34,474 bases of DNA from an uncultured Oscillospiraceae bacterium (GTDB lineage Bacteria; Bacillota; Clostridia; Saccharofermentanales; UBA5734). The stretch spans positions 1 through 34,474 of the forward strand of contig CAZSLR010000001.1 of assembly GCA_964607635.1 (NCBI GenBank), given 5' to 3'. Below the pieces are notes generated by a model that was not told the DNA's origin, did not search any database, and worked only from the letters and a program-made list of their open reading frames with translations. A program made the translations under genes and the position numbers. This document shows, piece after piece, positions 16,687-26,427 of this stretch. Positions within the stretch are counted from its first letter, which is position 1; each line of letters opens with the position of its first letter.

Positions 16687-19068
16687 TCATTCAGCTTGTG
16701 TCGAGCTATTCTGCTGTTGATCTGTTGTCTCAGCTGTATCAACACCAATTATCGCCGGATCCTGAATTTGATCCGATACCTGATCCTGAGGTCTGTCAAA
16801 CCCAAAATAAGCATCAAGAATATTCTTGGCAATACCAATGGTATTTGAACCCCATACTCCCTTCTCAATTATCTGAGCGATCACGATCTCAGGATCATCG
16901 GCTGGAGCAAAACATATGAACAAGCCATTGGAGGAAGATACATCCTCCCGGCCTGTTTCGGCAGTTCCTGTTTTCGCGGCAACATCAATTGGATAATCAG
17001 CGAAATAACTGCGGGCCGTACCTTCATGATCTTTGCTGACTGCCAGCATAGAATCACGTATAATATCGATCGTTGACTGCTCCAGACCGATCGGCTGAGG
17101 CTCCGGCTCATTGTAGCTGATCACGACACCATCGCTTCTTGTAATCTGAGAAATAACATGAGGAGTTACCAGATTTCCAGTTGCTGCTGCCGCTGTATAT
17201 CTGGCAAGCTGCAAAATCGTGAAGCTATTATCAAACTGACCTATAGCTGTCTGACAGGTGTCAGCCGGAAACCAGACCTGATCTGACGGATCACTTCTTA
17301 ACAGAATTTTTGTTGCTCTACTTGAGCGATATCCCTTCACTTCACCAGGCAGATCTATTCCTGAGTATTCACCCAAGCCGAGCTTCTGTCCCCAATAGTC
17401 AATATTATCGACACCCGTTCTGACTCCCAAATGATAGAAGTACATATTGCATGATGTTGCCATACCTCTGATCAAGTTAAGATCGCCATGTCCACCATAT
17501 GGGTATTCCAGACAACGCCATGGCCAGTCACCTATTATCTCTGATCCTCGACATCGAATTGTATTGGAAGTTGGTGTTATGGCGCCTGACTGAAGAGCCG
17601 CTATAGCAGTAGCTGGTTTAAAAGTTGAACCCGGAGCGTAGATTTCCATGATCGTCCGGTTCATCATTGGCTTCTGCTCATTATCCTGCAGATAAGTCTT
17701 AACACGCGCTGCTGCTTCTTTGTCATCTGTCTGCCTGAGAAAATCATTAGGATCATAGTATGGGAAACTCGACATCGCCTTGACCGCACCACTCTTGGCA
17801 TCAAGAACGACAACTGCACCAGCGTCCGCATCACCCTTATTCTTATTATCAGGGCTATTTCTTATCTGTTCGATAACCTGTTCAAGAGAAGTCTGAGCGA
17901 CCTTCTGCAGCTTAAGGTCAATTGTTAATCTGACATCATATCCAGGAACAGCGTTTTTCCCAATATCCTCCGAGAAGAAGGTACCCTCCTCGCCGGAAGC
18001 AGACCAGATGTTATACGGTTTAACACCATTTTGGCCAGCTAGATATCTCTCTGCAGATGCTTCAACACCAGCCTGGCCTACGATCGCATCCGGCTCATAT
18101 CCCAATTCACGCAGCTGTTCATATTGAATCGCCGAAATTCGACCAGTATACCCAATAACATGACTTAAATACCTGACCTGATCAGAATAAACTCTCTGAC
18201 TGTCCTGACCAATAATAACTCCACGAAAACGATAATTTTGCTCATAGATCACACTTACCATATCCTCGGTAACCTGTCTCGTGATCTCGATAGGTGTGCC
18301 ATTTACGAATGACCAGTAATCCTTCATTATCAGATAGCGAAGCTTCATTATGCGAAAAGCTTCCTCTCTACTATAAATCAAGCCATCCGCGTCATAATTT
18401 TCTATCTGAAATTTGTTGAAGAGAAGATATTTATAAAACTCCTCTGGATCGAGCTTAACTCTGTCATCGGTAAACAAAGCTTTTTCTCCGTCCTTGGCCT
18501 CTTTAAGGGCGAATAAATTCTGATTTGTCTGCCAATAGCTTATCTCCTCAACATTCTTGTGAAAGACAAGCACTCCACAGTCGTCACCTTGTCCAGGTAC
18601 ATGATCACAGCTTGTGTGATCGATGGAAAAATAGTCAGTCAATTCGCTTGAAATCTCCACCCCATGAGCTTCAAGAAAATTATAAAGATCAAGCAGCATA
18701 GCATTAAGTGATTTATTATCGAGTCCGGCATAACTCAAATACATAACCGGCACTGTTTCAGAATATGCCAGCGCAATTCCTGAAGAATCATAAATATCTC
18801 CGCGCGGCGCTTTGATAACCTGCTGTCTTGATATGCCGCTTGTTTCGCTTACACCGCTGACAGATCCTGGATTAAGCTGCAACGCGGCAGTACGATAAAA
18901 TATCATTGCTCCTACCGCGAGAAACAATACGCTGAGAACAGCGAATCTTGAACGGACAAACGATCGAACCCTATGCTTGAAACCAGGTCTATTATCCTCT
19001 TTCTTTTCAAACGCAACGGCCTCGTCGTGATCAAATATATAAAAAGTATCTTTTAAATCGTTCGCCAT
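16687..19068 (-). CDS. mrdA: Class B penicillin-binding protein 2 (elongation transpeptidase)
   Basis: 793 aa with an N-terminal TM. SxxK = STFK (res 481-484), SxN = SCN (539-541), KTGT present. Located directly downstream of mreD, with overlap. Confidence 0.9.
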   Translation of the reverse strand: MANDLKDTFYIFDHDEAVAFEKKEDNRPGFKHRVRSFVRSRFAVLSVLFLAVGAMIFYRTAALQLNPGSVSGVSETSGISRQQVIKAPRGDIYDSSGIALAYSETVPVMYLSYAGLDNKSLNAMLLDLYNFLEAHGVEISSELTDYFSIDHTSCDHVPGQGDDCGVLVFHKNVEEISYWQTNQNLFALKEAKDGEKALFTDDRVKLDPEEFYKYLLFNKFQIENYDADGLIYSREEAFRIMKLRYLIMKDYWSFVNGTPIEITRQVTEDMVSVIYEQNYRFRGVIIGQDSQRVYSDQVRYLSHVIGYTGRISAIQYEQLRELGYEPDAIVGQAGVEASAERYLAGQNGVKPYNIWSASGEEGTFFSEDIGKNAVPGYDVRLTIDLKLQKVAQTSLEQVIEQIRNSPDNKNKGDADAGAVVVLDAKSGAVKAMSSFPYYDPNDFLRQTDDKEAAARVKTYLQDNEQKPMMNRTIMEIYAPGSTFKPATAIAALQSGAITPTSNTIRCRGSEIIGDWPWRCLEYPYGGHGDLNLIRGMATSCNMYFYHLGVRTGVDNIDYWGQKLGLGEYSGIDLPGEVKGYRSSRATKILLRSDPSDQVWFPADTCQTAIGQFDNSFTILQLARYTAAAATGNLVTPHVISQITRSDGVVISYNEPEPQPIGLEQSTIDIIRDSMLAVSKDHEGTARSYFADYPIDVAAKTGTAETGREDVSSSNGLFICFAPADDPEIVIAQIIEKGVWGSNTIGIAKNILDAYFGFDRPQDQVSDQIQDPAIIGVDTAETTDQQQNSSTQAE

Positions 19069-19640
19069 ACATTATCTCCGTTATCATCTTCCTCGATCCC
19101 GGTTCGTTTCAAGCCGCGAGGATAAGGTCCCGCATAATGAAGCAATAACATCAAGGGAATAGCAGCTGCCACATTTAACCCCAGCTGAAGGATAGAATCC
19201 TGTAATCCAATTTCTATGAGTAGTTTAAATGAATATATCTGATCAGGCAGCATCGGAAAAAGATAGGACATACCAAGTATGAAGAGCTCATACAAAATAC
19301 TGATAACTGATACCTGAAGTAGGACTATAAATGCATTTCGCCTGAACCATTTGATAAACATACCAGATGCAGCAAGACCGGCGAGCATAAGAAGCAGCAT
19401 ACCAAGACCGAGAACTCTACCGGCAAGCATATCTCTTAAAAAACCGGCTATAAGTCCAATAACCATACCTTCTTCACCGCCATAAAAGCTTCCGCATATA
19501 ATGACAAAAACAAGCGCCAGATCAGGCATCATTGACACTGGAATCAGCCAGCCAGACAATGTAAATTGAATCACTGTCAAAAGCAGCAGATAGATTGAGT
19601 AGATAATAATTTGACGTCCGTACTTTTTAAGAAGTCTCAT
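19053..19640 (-). CDS. mreD: Rod shape-determining protein MreD
   Basis: 195-aa polytopic membrane protein with PDLALVFVI...GLIAGFLRDML, typical of MreD. ATGA overlap with the mreC stop. Confidence 0.8.
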   Translation of the reverse strand: MRLLKKYGRQIIIYSIYLLLLTVIQFTLSGWLIPVSMMPDLALVFVIICGSFYGGEEGMVIGLIAGFLRDMLAGRVLGLGMLLLMLAGLAASGMFIKWFRRNAFIVLLQVSVISILYELFILGMSYLFPMLPDQIYSFKLLIEIGLQDSILQLGLNVAAAIPLMLLLHYAGPYPRGLKRTGIEEDDNGDNVWRTI

Positions 19641-20482
19641 GGCTGACGTCCCTTCATCACAAAAACAACTGATAAATTCTCATAATCCGCAAGAGGCTTA
19701 ACAACAGCGGTTCTTCTGCCAGAATTGTCATCTGTGATTTCGATGATCTCACCTATAAGGATCCCCTCTGGAAATAATCCTCCAAGACCACTCGTTACAA
19801 GCTGATCGCCAATACGAAGGTCAGCACTTGCGGGAATCTGATCGATCATACAAAGACCACTGTTTTTGAGCACTAAATCCCCTCTCATGCGAATGATAGC
19901 ACCATTTACTTCGTTAACACGCGCACTGACTGAGAAGCCCTCGTGAAGCATTGGCAATATCTTTGCAGTAGTCAGATCAGCAGATAAGACTCTGCCGATC
20001 AGCCTGGACTGAGAATCTACAACCGCATAAGAAACAGTATCGGAAACAGCGAGACCGTCAGAGGTTCCCATGTCTATCTTGTAAACATCAAACCAGGTTC
20101 CTAGCTCTCTGGTCATAACTCTGGCGCCGGCTATTTCATATCTATCAAATTGATCCTTAAGTTGCAGCGCGTCCTTCAGCTCTTCGTAATTCCTGCCGGC
20201 TGCTTCAAGCTGAGCGACCTGATTCCTCAGCTGCGCGTTATCCTGTAGAAGCTGCTTGTTCTCATCACGTATTCTTATGCCATCGGTCAAAGACTGCCAA
20301 AATCCGGCCACATTGTCAGCCGCAGTTCTGAACCCTGTCTGGACCGGCTTAAACAAAGCACTAACTGGTGTAGTAAGGTGATTAAGAGGGCTTCCTGGAA
20401 AAGATGACAAAAGTATCAAGGCCACCAAAATGAGGCTTGTCAGAACTACAGTGAATATTCGTGTCCGCACTACCTTGCGCAA
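19637..20482 (-). CDS. mreC: Rod shape-determining protein MreC
   Basis: 281 aa: N-terminal TM, coiled-coil segment (ENKQLLQDNAQLRNQVAQLEAA), and C-terminal beta domains with VTSGLGGLFPEGILIGEI. TTG start with SD AAAGGATGG. Confidence 0.88.
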   Translation of the reverse strand: MRKVVRTRIFTVVLTSLILVALILLSSFPGSPLNHLTTPVSALFKPVQTGFRTAADNVAGFWQSLTDGIRIRDENKQLLQDNAQLRNQVAQLEAAGRNYEELKDALQLKDQFDRYEIAGARVMTRELGTWFDVYKIDMGTSDGLAVSDTVSYAVVDSQSRLIGRVLSADLTTAKILPMLHEGFSVSARVNEVNGAIIRMRGDLVLKNSGLCMIDQIPASADLRIGDQLVTSGLGGLFPEGILIGEIIEITDDNSGRRTAVVKPLADYENLSVVFVMKGRQP

Positions 20483-20529
20483 ATGATTTCCATCCTTTCA
20501 GCTTCGGCTTTTATGCCCGTTACTCCGAT

Positions 20530-20558
20530 ATAATATCGCAAATACAAGACATCAGCAA
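20530..20558 (-). promoter_or_regulatory. Possible sigma-A promoter for mreC-mreD-pbp2-MGS-like
   Basis: Minus strand reads TTGCTG-17 nt-TATTAT in the 89-nt radC-mreC gap. Confidence 0.3.
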
Positions 20559-20571
20559 ACTAATGCTTATG

Positions 20572-21273
20572 CTAGATCATGCCTTCCTGTTTCATACTTA
20601 TATAACCAGACAAAGAAATTACAAGATGGTCTATCACTCGAATGCCCATAAGTCCACCCATCTCCATCAATCTTAACGAAGAATCAATATCATCCTGACT
20701 TGGACTTGGATCGCCACTAGGATGATTATGAACAAGAATAATGGATGCCGCGTTAGCTTTTACAGCTTCGCGAAATAAGTCTCTGGGCTGAATAACAGCA
20801 GAAGATAAGCCCCCTTCAGACAACCTGATCGTTCTGATTACTCTATTACGTATATCTAGCATAATCATATGCAGCTCTTCTCGCGGACATGATCTAAGCT
20901 GTTCCTCAAGCATTAATCTTGCGTCCTCAGGCGTTTTAATCTGTCGTCTTGGTGTGTTTCTCGCCCTATCGATCGTACGGTTGCCCAGTTCAAGAGAAGC
21001 CTTGATCTGCAGCGCCTTGACTCTGCCGATCCCCTGAATTTCCATCAGCTCTTCCAAGCTGTGCTCCTGAAGCATCATCAGCCCTCGCTCGCCAGCCAAT
21101 GACATGATTCTTTGTCCGAGCTGAAGAGCTGACTCCTGTTTAGTACCATTTCTGATAATAACAGAAAGCAGCTCGGCGTCAGACATTGCTCTGGCGCCAA
21201 GCCGCTCCAGCTTCTCATAAGGACGGTCACCCTCTGGCATTTCTTTCATTAGTAGCTTGTTTAGCTGTTCCAT
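20572..21273 (-). CDS. radC: RadC-family JAMM-motif protein
   Basis: Helix-hairpin-helix IQGIGRVKALQI and JAMM motif LVHNHPSGDPSPSQDD. SD GGAAGGAG. Confidence 0.9.
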   Translation of the reverse strand: MEQLNKLLMKEMPEGDRPYEKLERLGARAMSDAELLSVIIRNGTKQESALQLGQRIMSLAGERGLMMLQEHSLEELMEIQGIGRVKALQIKASLELGNRTIDRARNTPRRQIKTPEDARLMLEEQLRSCPREELHMIMLDIRNRVIRTIRLSEGGLSSAVIQPRDLFREAVKANAASIILVHNHPSGDPSPSQDDIDSSLRLMEMGGLMGIRVIDHLVISLSGYISMKQEGMI

Positions 21274-21297
21274 TTTCAGACTCCTTCCGGAGGCCTG

Positions 21298-21978
21298 TCA
21301 GGACCAGGGCAATAAACCAGAAATAAAATTAAACTCAGGTGATTTCAAAGATGCTGTACGCAGCATGTTCATCAGCCTGTTCACCGGCAAACCCATAACA
21401 TTATAATAGCAGCCGTCAATTTTTCTGATAAGGGCGCTGCCATAGCCCTGTATCCCATATGCACCAGCCTTGTCCATTGGTTCATCGGTCGATATATACC
21501 AATCGATCTGCCTCTGATCAAGCAACGAAAATTCTACATAAGTTGTTTCTGCTTCTACTATCAATTGTTCAGTATCTTTTACACAAACAAGAAGAGCAAT
21601 AGCGGTTATGACTCTGTGCCGTTTATTTGAAAGTCTCTTAAGCATATCAGCAGCCTCTCTTTGATTAAAAGGCTTACCCAGTATTTGATCATCTACAACA
21701 ACGATCGTGTCTGCTGCAACTGCCAGATAGTCTCCACTGCTGCTAATTGTGTTTTTTACCGCTTCTATCTTACCGGTTGTAAGATGCATGGCAAAAGCTT
21801 CAGGATCATATCCATCTATCACCTCAAGAGCTGCTGCCTGCTCATCAAAATCCGGTATACAAACGGTGAAGCCACTATGACCCCAGAAACGTTCAAAAAG
21901 CTCTTTTCGCCTTGGTGAACCGGAAGCCAAATACAGTACCTGCTCAGCATTGCCTAAGGATTCTTTCTTCGTTGTCAT
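21298..21978 (-). CDS. maf: Maf-family nucleoside triphosphate pyrophosphatase (septum formation protein)
   Basis: LASGSPRRKELF, AADTIVVVDDQILGKP, DKAGAYGIQG. The ATG lies 3 nt after the asnS stop, with no clear SD. Confidence 0.85.
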   Translation of the reverse strand: MTTKKESLGNAEQVLYLASGSPRRKELFERFWGHSGFTVCIPDFDEQAAALEVIDGYDPEAFAMHLTTGKIEAVKNTISSSGDYLAVAADTIVVVDDQILGKPFNQREAADMLKRLSNKRHRVITAIALLVCVKDTEQLIVEAETTYVEFSLLDQRQIDWYISTDEPMDKAGAYGIQGYGSALIRKIDGCYYNVMGLPVNRLMNMLRTASLKSPEFNFISGLLPWS

Positions 21979-21981
21979 TTA

Positions 21982-23379
21982 TCAGAAGTCCGCACTGCCT
22001 GTTGTTCTGGCAAAAGGAATTACATCTCTGATATTAGGAATGCCAGTCAGATACATGATCATACGCTCAAATCCTAGGCCAAAACCAGCGTGTCTGGCTG
22101 AACCATATTCTCTAAGCTGCAGATACCACCAGTAATCCTTCTCCTCAAGATTACATTCCTTCATGCGCTGCTTAAGCACCTCGATATCCTCTTCTCGCTG
22201 GCTCCCACCGATGATCTCGCCAATTCCAGGAACAAGGCAATCCATTGCAGCTACTGTTTTGCCATCTGAATTAAGCTTCATATAGAATGCTTTGATATCC
22301 TTGGGATAATCGATTACAAATACAGGCCTTCCGAAAAGAACCTCAGTCAGGTAGCGCTCATGCTCCGTTTGCAGATCACTGCCCCAATCGACAGGATAGG
22401 TAAACCTTTCCTTAACCAGCTGCAGCTTTTCTATCGCTTCAGTGTAAGTAATAACCGCGAAGTCATTGCTGATAACATTTTGCAATCTGTCCATCAGACC
22501 CTTATCAACAAACTGATTGAAAAACTCCATTTCTTCAGGACATTCCTCAAGAACGGCACGTATGATATATTTGATCATATCCTCAGCCAGCTTCATATCA
22601 TCTTCAAGGTCGGCAAAAGCTATTTCAGGCTCAATCATCCAAAACTCAGCGGCATGCTTGACCGTATTAGAGTTCTCAGCTCTGAATGTTGGTCCGAATG
22701 TGTATATATTCTTAAATGCCATGGCAAAAGTTTCGCCCGACAACTGACCGCTCACAGTTAGGTTGGTATGTTTTCCGAAGAAATCCTGACCATAGTCGAT
22801 CATACCCTTGTCATCGCGTGGTGGATTATTCAGGTCAAGAGTAGTAACTGTAAACATCTGTCCAGCGCCCTCGGCATCACTGCCTGTAATAATAGGTGTA
22901 TGAACATAGACAAACTCTCTCTCCATAAAAAAGCGATGGATCGCGTATGCCGCAACTGAACGAACTCTAAAAGCAGCAGAAAGCAGATTGGTTCTGGCTC
23001 TCAGGTGAGCGATGCTCCTTAAATATTCCGGAGTATGACGCTTGGGCTGAAGAGGATACTCCGGCGGGCAGGCGCCCTCCAGAATGATACTCTCAGCTTT
23101 CATTTCAAATGGTTGTCTGGCATCCGGTGTCAACGATATAACACCGGTCGCTATAATTGCGCTGCCATTACCGAATTTTGCGACCTCATCGTAATTATCA
23201 AGCTGATCTCGTTCAAAAACAATTTGAACGGGCTGAAAAAAAGTCCCATCATTCAGGCTGATGAAGCCAAATTGTTTCTGATCACGAACAGTCCTGATCC
23301 AGCCGGCAATGGTTACACTCTTACCGGTATAAGAAGCTGTATCCTTGTATAGACTTCTAACAGAAACCGCACCGATCAT
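21982..23379 (-). CDS. asnS: Asparagine--tRNA ligase
   Basis: Class IIb pattern: [36 protein letters not shown]. The ATG at 23379 (MIGAVSV) has SD AGGGGG. The track start at 23409 lies inside the upstream gene. Confidence 0.95.
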   Translation of the reverse strand: MIGAVSVRSLYKDTASYTGKSVTIAGWIRTVRDQKQFGFISLNDGTFFQPVQIVFERDQLDNYDEVAKFGNGSAIIATGVISLTPDARQPFEMKAESIILEGACPPEYPLQPKRHTPEYLRSIAHLRARTNLLSAAFRVRSVAAYAIHRFFMEREFVYVHTPIITGSDAEGAGQMFTVTTLDLNNPPRDDKGMIDYGQDFFGKHTNLTVSGQLSGETFAMAFKNIYTFGPTFRAENSNTVKHAAEFWMIEPEIAFADLEDDMKLAEDMIKYIIRAVLEECPEEMEFFNQFVDKGLMDRLQNVISNDFAVITYTEAIEKLQLVKERFTYPVDWGSDLQTEHERYLTEVLFGRPVFVIDYPKDIKAFYMKLNSDGKTVAAMDCLVPGIGEIIGGSQREEDIEVLKQRMKECNLEEKDYWWYLQLREYGSARHAGFGLGFERMIMYLTGIPNIRDVIPFARTTGSADF

Positions 23380-23894
23380 AGTTTTGCCCCCTGCTTTTTG
23401 GCACAACACTGTTTATATTTCTTGCCGCTTCCACAAGGGCAAGGATCATTTCTGCCTATTTTCTCAACTCTTACGATTTGAGATTCCTTGAAATCGCGAG
23501 TAATTTCAGCTCTTCTGTCTGAAGAAAGAACATTGTCCCAACTCTCAAGATTGTATAGCCAATCTGCTTTGGCATCCTGCATATTCCAAAACAATTTCTC
23601 AAAATCTATATCCAGCTCGAGTTCTGTACTTTCCTCAATATCATCCAACTCAACTGCCTTATTCAGGCTGGTCTGAATTCCATCTAGAAAACCGGTGAAA
23701 ATAATCATATCCTCACCAAAACCAAGTTTGTCAGCAAGCTCAGAAGCATTGCCTTCAACCTTTGCCGATCCTGACTGTAAAATCTGATCGTAGGCGTTTT
23801 GCTCTTTCAAATAGTAATCCTGAACAAATTCGTTATAGGCATTGGGATCAGTAGTATCCTCTATTTTTTTCTGCCAGGTTTTAAAATAACTCAT
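23376..23894 (-). CDS. SEC-C motif (zinc-binding) domain protein of unknown function
   Basis: C-terminal [17 protein letters not shown]. The track start at 23924 is a TTG with poor SD spacing, so the ATG at 23894 (MSYFKTW) is used. The start is uncertain. The stop overlaps the asnS ATG (ATGA). Confidence 0.65.
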   Translation of the reverse strand: MSYFKTWQKKIEDTTDPNAYNEFVQDYYLKEQNAYDQILQSGSAKVEGNASELADKLGFGEDMIIFTGFLDGIQTSLNKAVELDDIEESTELELDIDFEKLFWNMQDAKADWLYNLESWDNVLSSDRRAEITRDFKESQIVRVEKIGRNDPCPCGSGKKYKQCCAKKQGAKL

Positions 23895-23963
23895 ATTCCA
23901 GCACCGTTCACTTATCTTACTCAACTTAGTGACGGTTCTCTCCCTTCATACTTTTAATTTTTA

Positions 23964-25169
23964 TTATGATCTCTGATATTGCTCAACTATTGCCTTGAGG
24001 AAATCCTCTGTATCTACAACACGAACATTTTCGATTTCCATCAGGCTCTTCAGATCACCTGTTACTATTCCAGATTCTATCGTATCCAGCGAAGCCTTCT
24101 CGATCGCATCAGAAAACTCAATCAGCTCCTTTATACCATCAAGCTCACCACGCTTACGAAGCGCACCGGTCCAAGCAAAAAGAGTTGCCATCGGATTAGT
24201 TGAGGTTTTTTGTCCCTTCAAATATCGATAATAATGTCTTGTAACTGTTCCATGAGCAGCTTCATATTCATATTTTCCATCAGGAGAGACCAGCACAGAT
24301 GTCATCATAGCAAGACTGCCGTTAGCTGATGCGATCATGTCAGACATAACATCGCCATCATAATTCTTACATGCCCAGACAATATTGCCTTCACTGCGCA
24401 TGATTCTGGCAACGGCGTCATCTATCAAAGTATAGAAGTACTCAATTCCTGCCTTTTCGAATTCTTGTTTGAACTCAGCCTCGAAGACCTCTGCAAATAT
24501 ATCCTTGAATCTGTGGTCATACTGCTTGGAAATAGTATCCTTGGTAGCAAACCAAAGATCCTGCTTCACATCGAGAGCATAATTAAAGCAGGCTCTGGCG
24601 AAGCTGAAAATAGATTTATCAGTATTGTGCATGCCCATTAGAACTCCAGGCGCGGTATATTCATGTATCAGCTGTCTTTTCTCACTGCCATCAGGCATAG
24701 TAAGAACCAACTCTGCCTTACATGGTCCATCAATTAACATTTCAGAATTCTTATAGACATCGCCATAGGCATGACGTGCTATGGTGATTGGCTTCTGCCA
24801 GCTGGATACGAAGGGTGTAATACATTTTGTCATTATCGGAGCACGGAACACAGTTCCATCGAGTATCGCTCTGATTGTTCCATTTGGGCTTTTCCACATA
24901 CTTTTAAGTGTGTACTCTTCCATCCTCTGGGCATTAGGAGTAATTGTTGCACACTTAACGGCTACACCTAATTCCTGTGTTCTTATGGCTGAGTCTATTG
25001 TAACCTGATCATCAGTGGCATCTCTATACTCAAGACCCAGGTCGAAATACTCTGTCTTCAAATCAATGAAAGGCTCAAGAACTATATCCTTGATCTGCTT
25101 CCAGATTATTCTTGTCATCTCGTCCCCATCCATTTCAACCAAGGGTGTCTTCATTGCGATTTTGCTCAC
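23964..25169 (-). CDS. icd: NADP-dependent isocitrate dehydrogenase, eukaryote-like (IDH1/2-type) homodimeric form
   Basis: [37 protein letters not shown]...[11 protein letters not shown]. The GTG at 25169 (VSKIAMKTP...) sits 7 nt after a perfect GGAGGT and gives the usual 402 aa. The track ATG at 25217 lacks an SD. Confidence 0.92.
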   Translation of the reverse strand: MSKIAMKTPLVEMDGDEMTRIIWKQIKDIVLEPFIDLKTEYFDLGLEYRDATDDQVTIDSAIRTQELGVAVKCATITPNAQRMEEYTLKSMWKSPNGTIRAILDGTVFRAPIMTKCITPFVSSWQKPITIARHAYGDVYKNSEMLIDGPCKAELVLTMPDGSEKRQLIHEYTAPGVLMGMHNTDKSIFSFARACFNYALDVKQDLWFATKDTISKQYDHRFKDIFAEVFEAEFKQEFEKAGIEYFYTLIDDAVARIMRSEGNIVWACKNYDGDVMSDMIASANGSLAMMTSVLVSPDGKYEYEAAHGTVTRHYYRYLKGQKTSTNPMATLFAWTGALRKRGELDGIKELIEFSDAIEKASLDTIESGIVTGDLKSLMEIENVRVVDTEDFLKAIVEQYQRS

Positions 25170-25240
25170 GTCATCTACCTCCGTTATTTGACCGGCTTCT
25201 CCGGCATTGTCCATCATCCAAAAAATAATATATCCAACAT

Positions 25241-25270
25241 ATTATAAAGAAGCACAGCAAGTTGAGTCAA
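25241..25270 (-). promoter_or_regulatory. Putative sigma-A promoter of icd
   Basis: Minus strand reads TTGACT-18 nt-TATAAT in the holA-icd gap. Confidence 0.45.
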
Positions 25271-25285
25271 TCATTATCACATTTT

Positions 25286-26422
25286 TTAGTGATTGGAACG
25301 ATAAGCTCCTGCAGCCTCTCCTGCACGTACTATCAGTGTTTCAAGCACCAGCCGATCATTCATTTTACCAGTTTTGACCATCATATCACTTTCGAAGCAG
25401 AGTTCATAAATTTTCTCCATTACTGCAAGAGGAAACTGCTTTGATTGCTTAATAAGTCTCGTCGCGACAAAGGGCATTATCTTCAATTTACTAATAAGCT
25501 CATTCGGTTGACCAGTCTCAGCAGCACATATCAACTGTCTGAAATGTCTGGCAAACATAAATTGAATCAGCTGCAGCGGTTGCCGCTGTCTGATAAGTGT
25601 ATCAAGCAGAACTAAAGCTCGACCAGTATTACCATTTGAGATTGAATCTGTCAGATCAAATATGTTACCTCTCAGATCAGGCAAACTGACCAAAGCGATT
25701 ATTTCCTCATCAACTTGCTGAGTACTAGTGTATTCCGTAAATAAGAATAGCTTTTCTAACTCAGACCAGATAACTCTCATGCTTTGTTCACAGCGGTCAA
25801 CAAGACTCTCAGCAGCCTGTGAGCTTATTGCTATTCCCTTTTGCCTGCACTCAGCTTCGACCCATTGCTTAAGAACAGCAGGCTTCTCCTGAGCCATTTC
25901 CGCTACAACACCAATTTCTAGCACAGATGCCAATAAATTCTTCAGCCTTTTATCTGCCTTTTGCTCTATAAATACCAGACAAACCTGATCATTTACCAGC
26001 TTTAATAGCTCAATAAGCTCCTGTTGTCGATCTTTGTGACTGCCCGCACCTTTATCCTCATCATCATTATCCTCGTTTATTGACCCTCCGCTTCTTTTAC
26101 CAGTACCTGCTGAAAACAAAGTACTATTCTTGACTATTATCAACTTACGCTTTGACATAAAAGGCGGAGTTTGAACTTCAGCCTTCAACTTATGCATATC
26201 AAGTCGTGAAGAATACCCCTCTGCGTCTATTCGAACACGATCAAGATCGGCTGACGCAGGAGCTAGAACCAGCTCCTGAATACTTAGCACTAATCGTTCT
26301 ATCAGGAAATCCTCTTCTCCAAACAACAAATAAACGCTATGAATCTCCTCAGATCTAAGCTGTGACTTGGTCTGTGCATAATTCTGTATTGATTTTTCCG
26401 CAGACTTCTTAACTGCCGCCAT
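25286..26422 (-). CDS. holA: DNA polymerase III delta subunit
   Basis: 378 aa. The N-terminal SVYLLFGEEDFLIE pattern and its position immediately after comEC match the conserved comEC-holA order in Firmicutes. Contains an acidic/Gly-rich insertion (GGSINEDNDDEDKGAGS). Confidence 0.75.
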   Translation of the reverse strand: MAAVKKSAEKSIQNYAQTKSQLRSEEIHSVYLLFGEEDFLIERLVLSIQELVLAPASADLDRVRIDAEGYSSRLDMHKLKAEVQTPPFMSKRKLIIVKNSTLFSAGTGKRSGGSINEDNDDEDKGAGSHKDRQQELIELLKLVNDQVCLVFIEQKADKRLKNLLASVLEIGVVAEMAQEKPAVLKQWVEAECRQKGIAISSQAAESLVDRCEQSMRVIWSELEKLFLFTEYTSTQQVDEEIIALVSLPDLRGNIFDLTDSISNGNTGRALVLLDTLIRQRQPLQLIQFMFARHFRQLICAAETGQPNELISKLKIMPFVATRLIKQSKQFPLAVMEKIYELCFESDMMVKTGKMNDRLVLETLIVRAGEAAGAYRSNH

Positions 26423-26427
26423 TTGCT

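Noticed and set aside
23964-25217. The N-terminal 16-aa extension of IDH ([16 protein letters not shown]) and similar upstream extensions in the track for punA, yerC, MBL, asnS, comEC and prs2.
   Set aside because: The upstream starts are TTG codons or SD-less ATGs. Internal ATG or GTG codons sit at canonical spacing from strong SD sequences and restore family-typical N-termini. The extensions are treated as ORF-caller artefacts.
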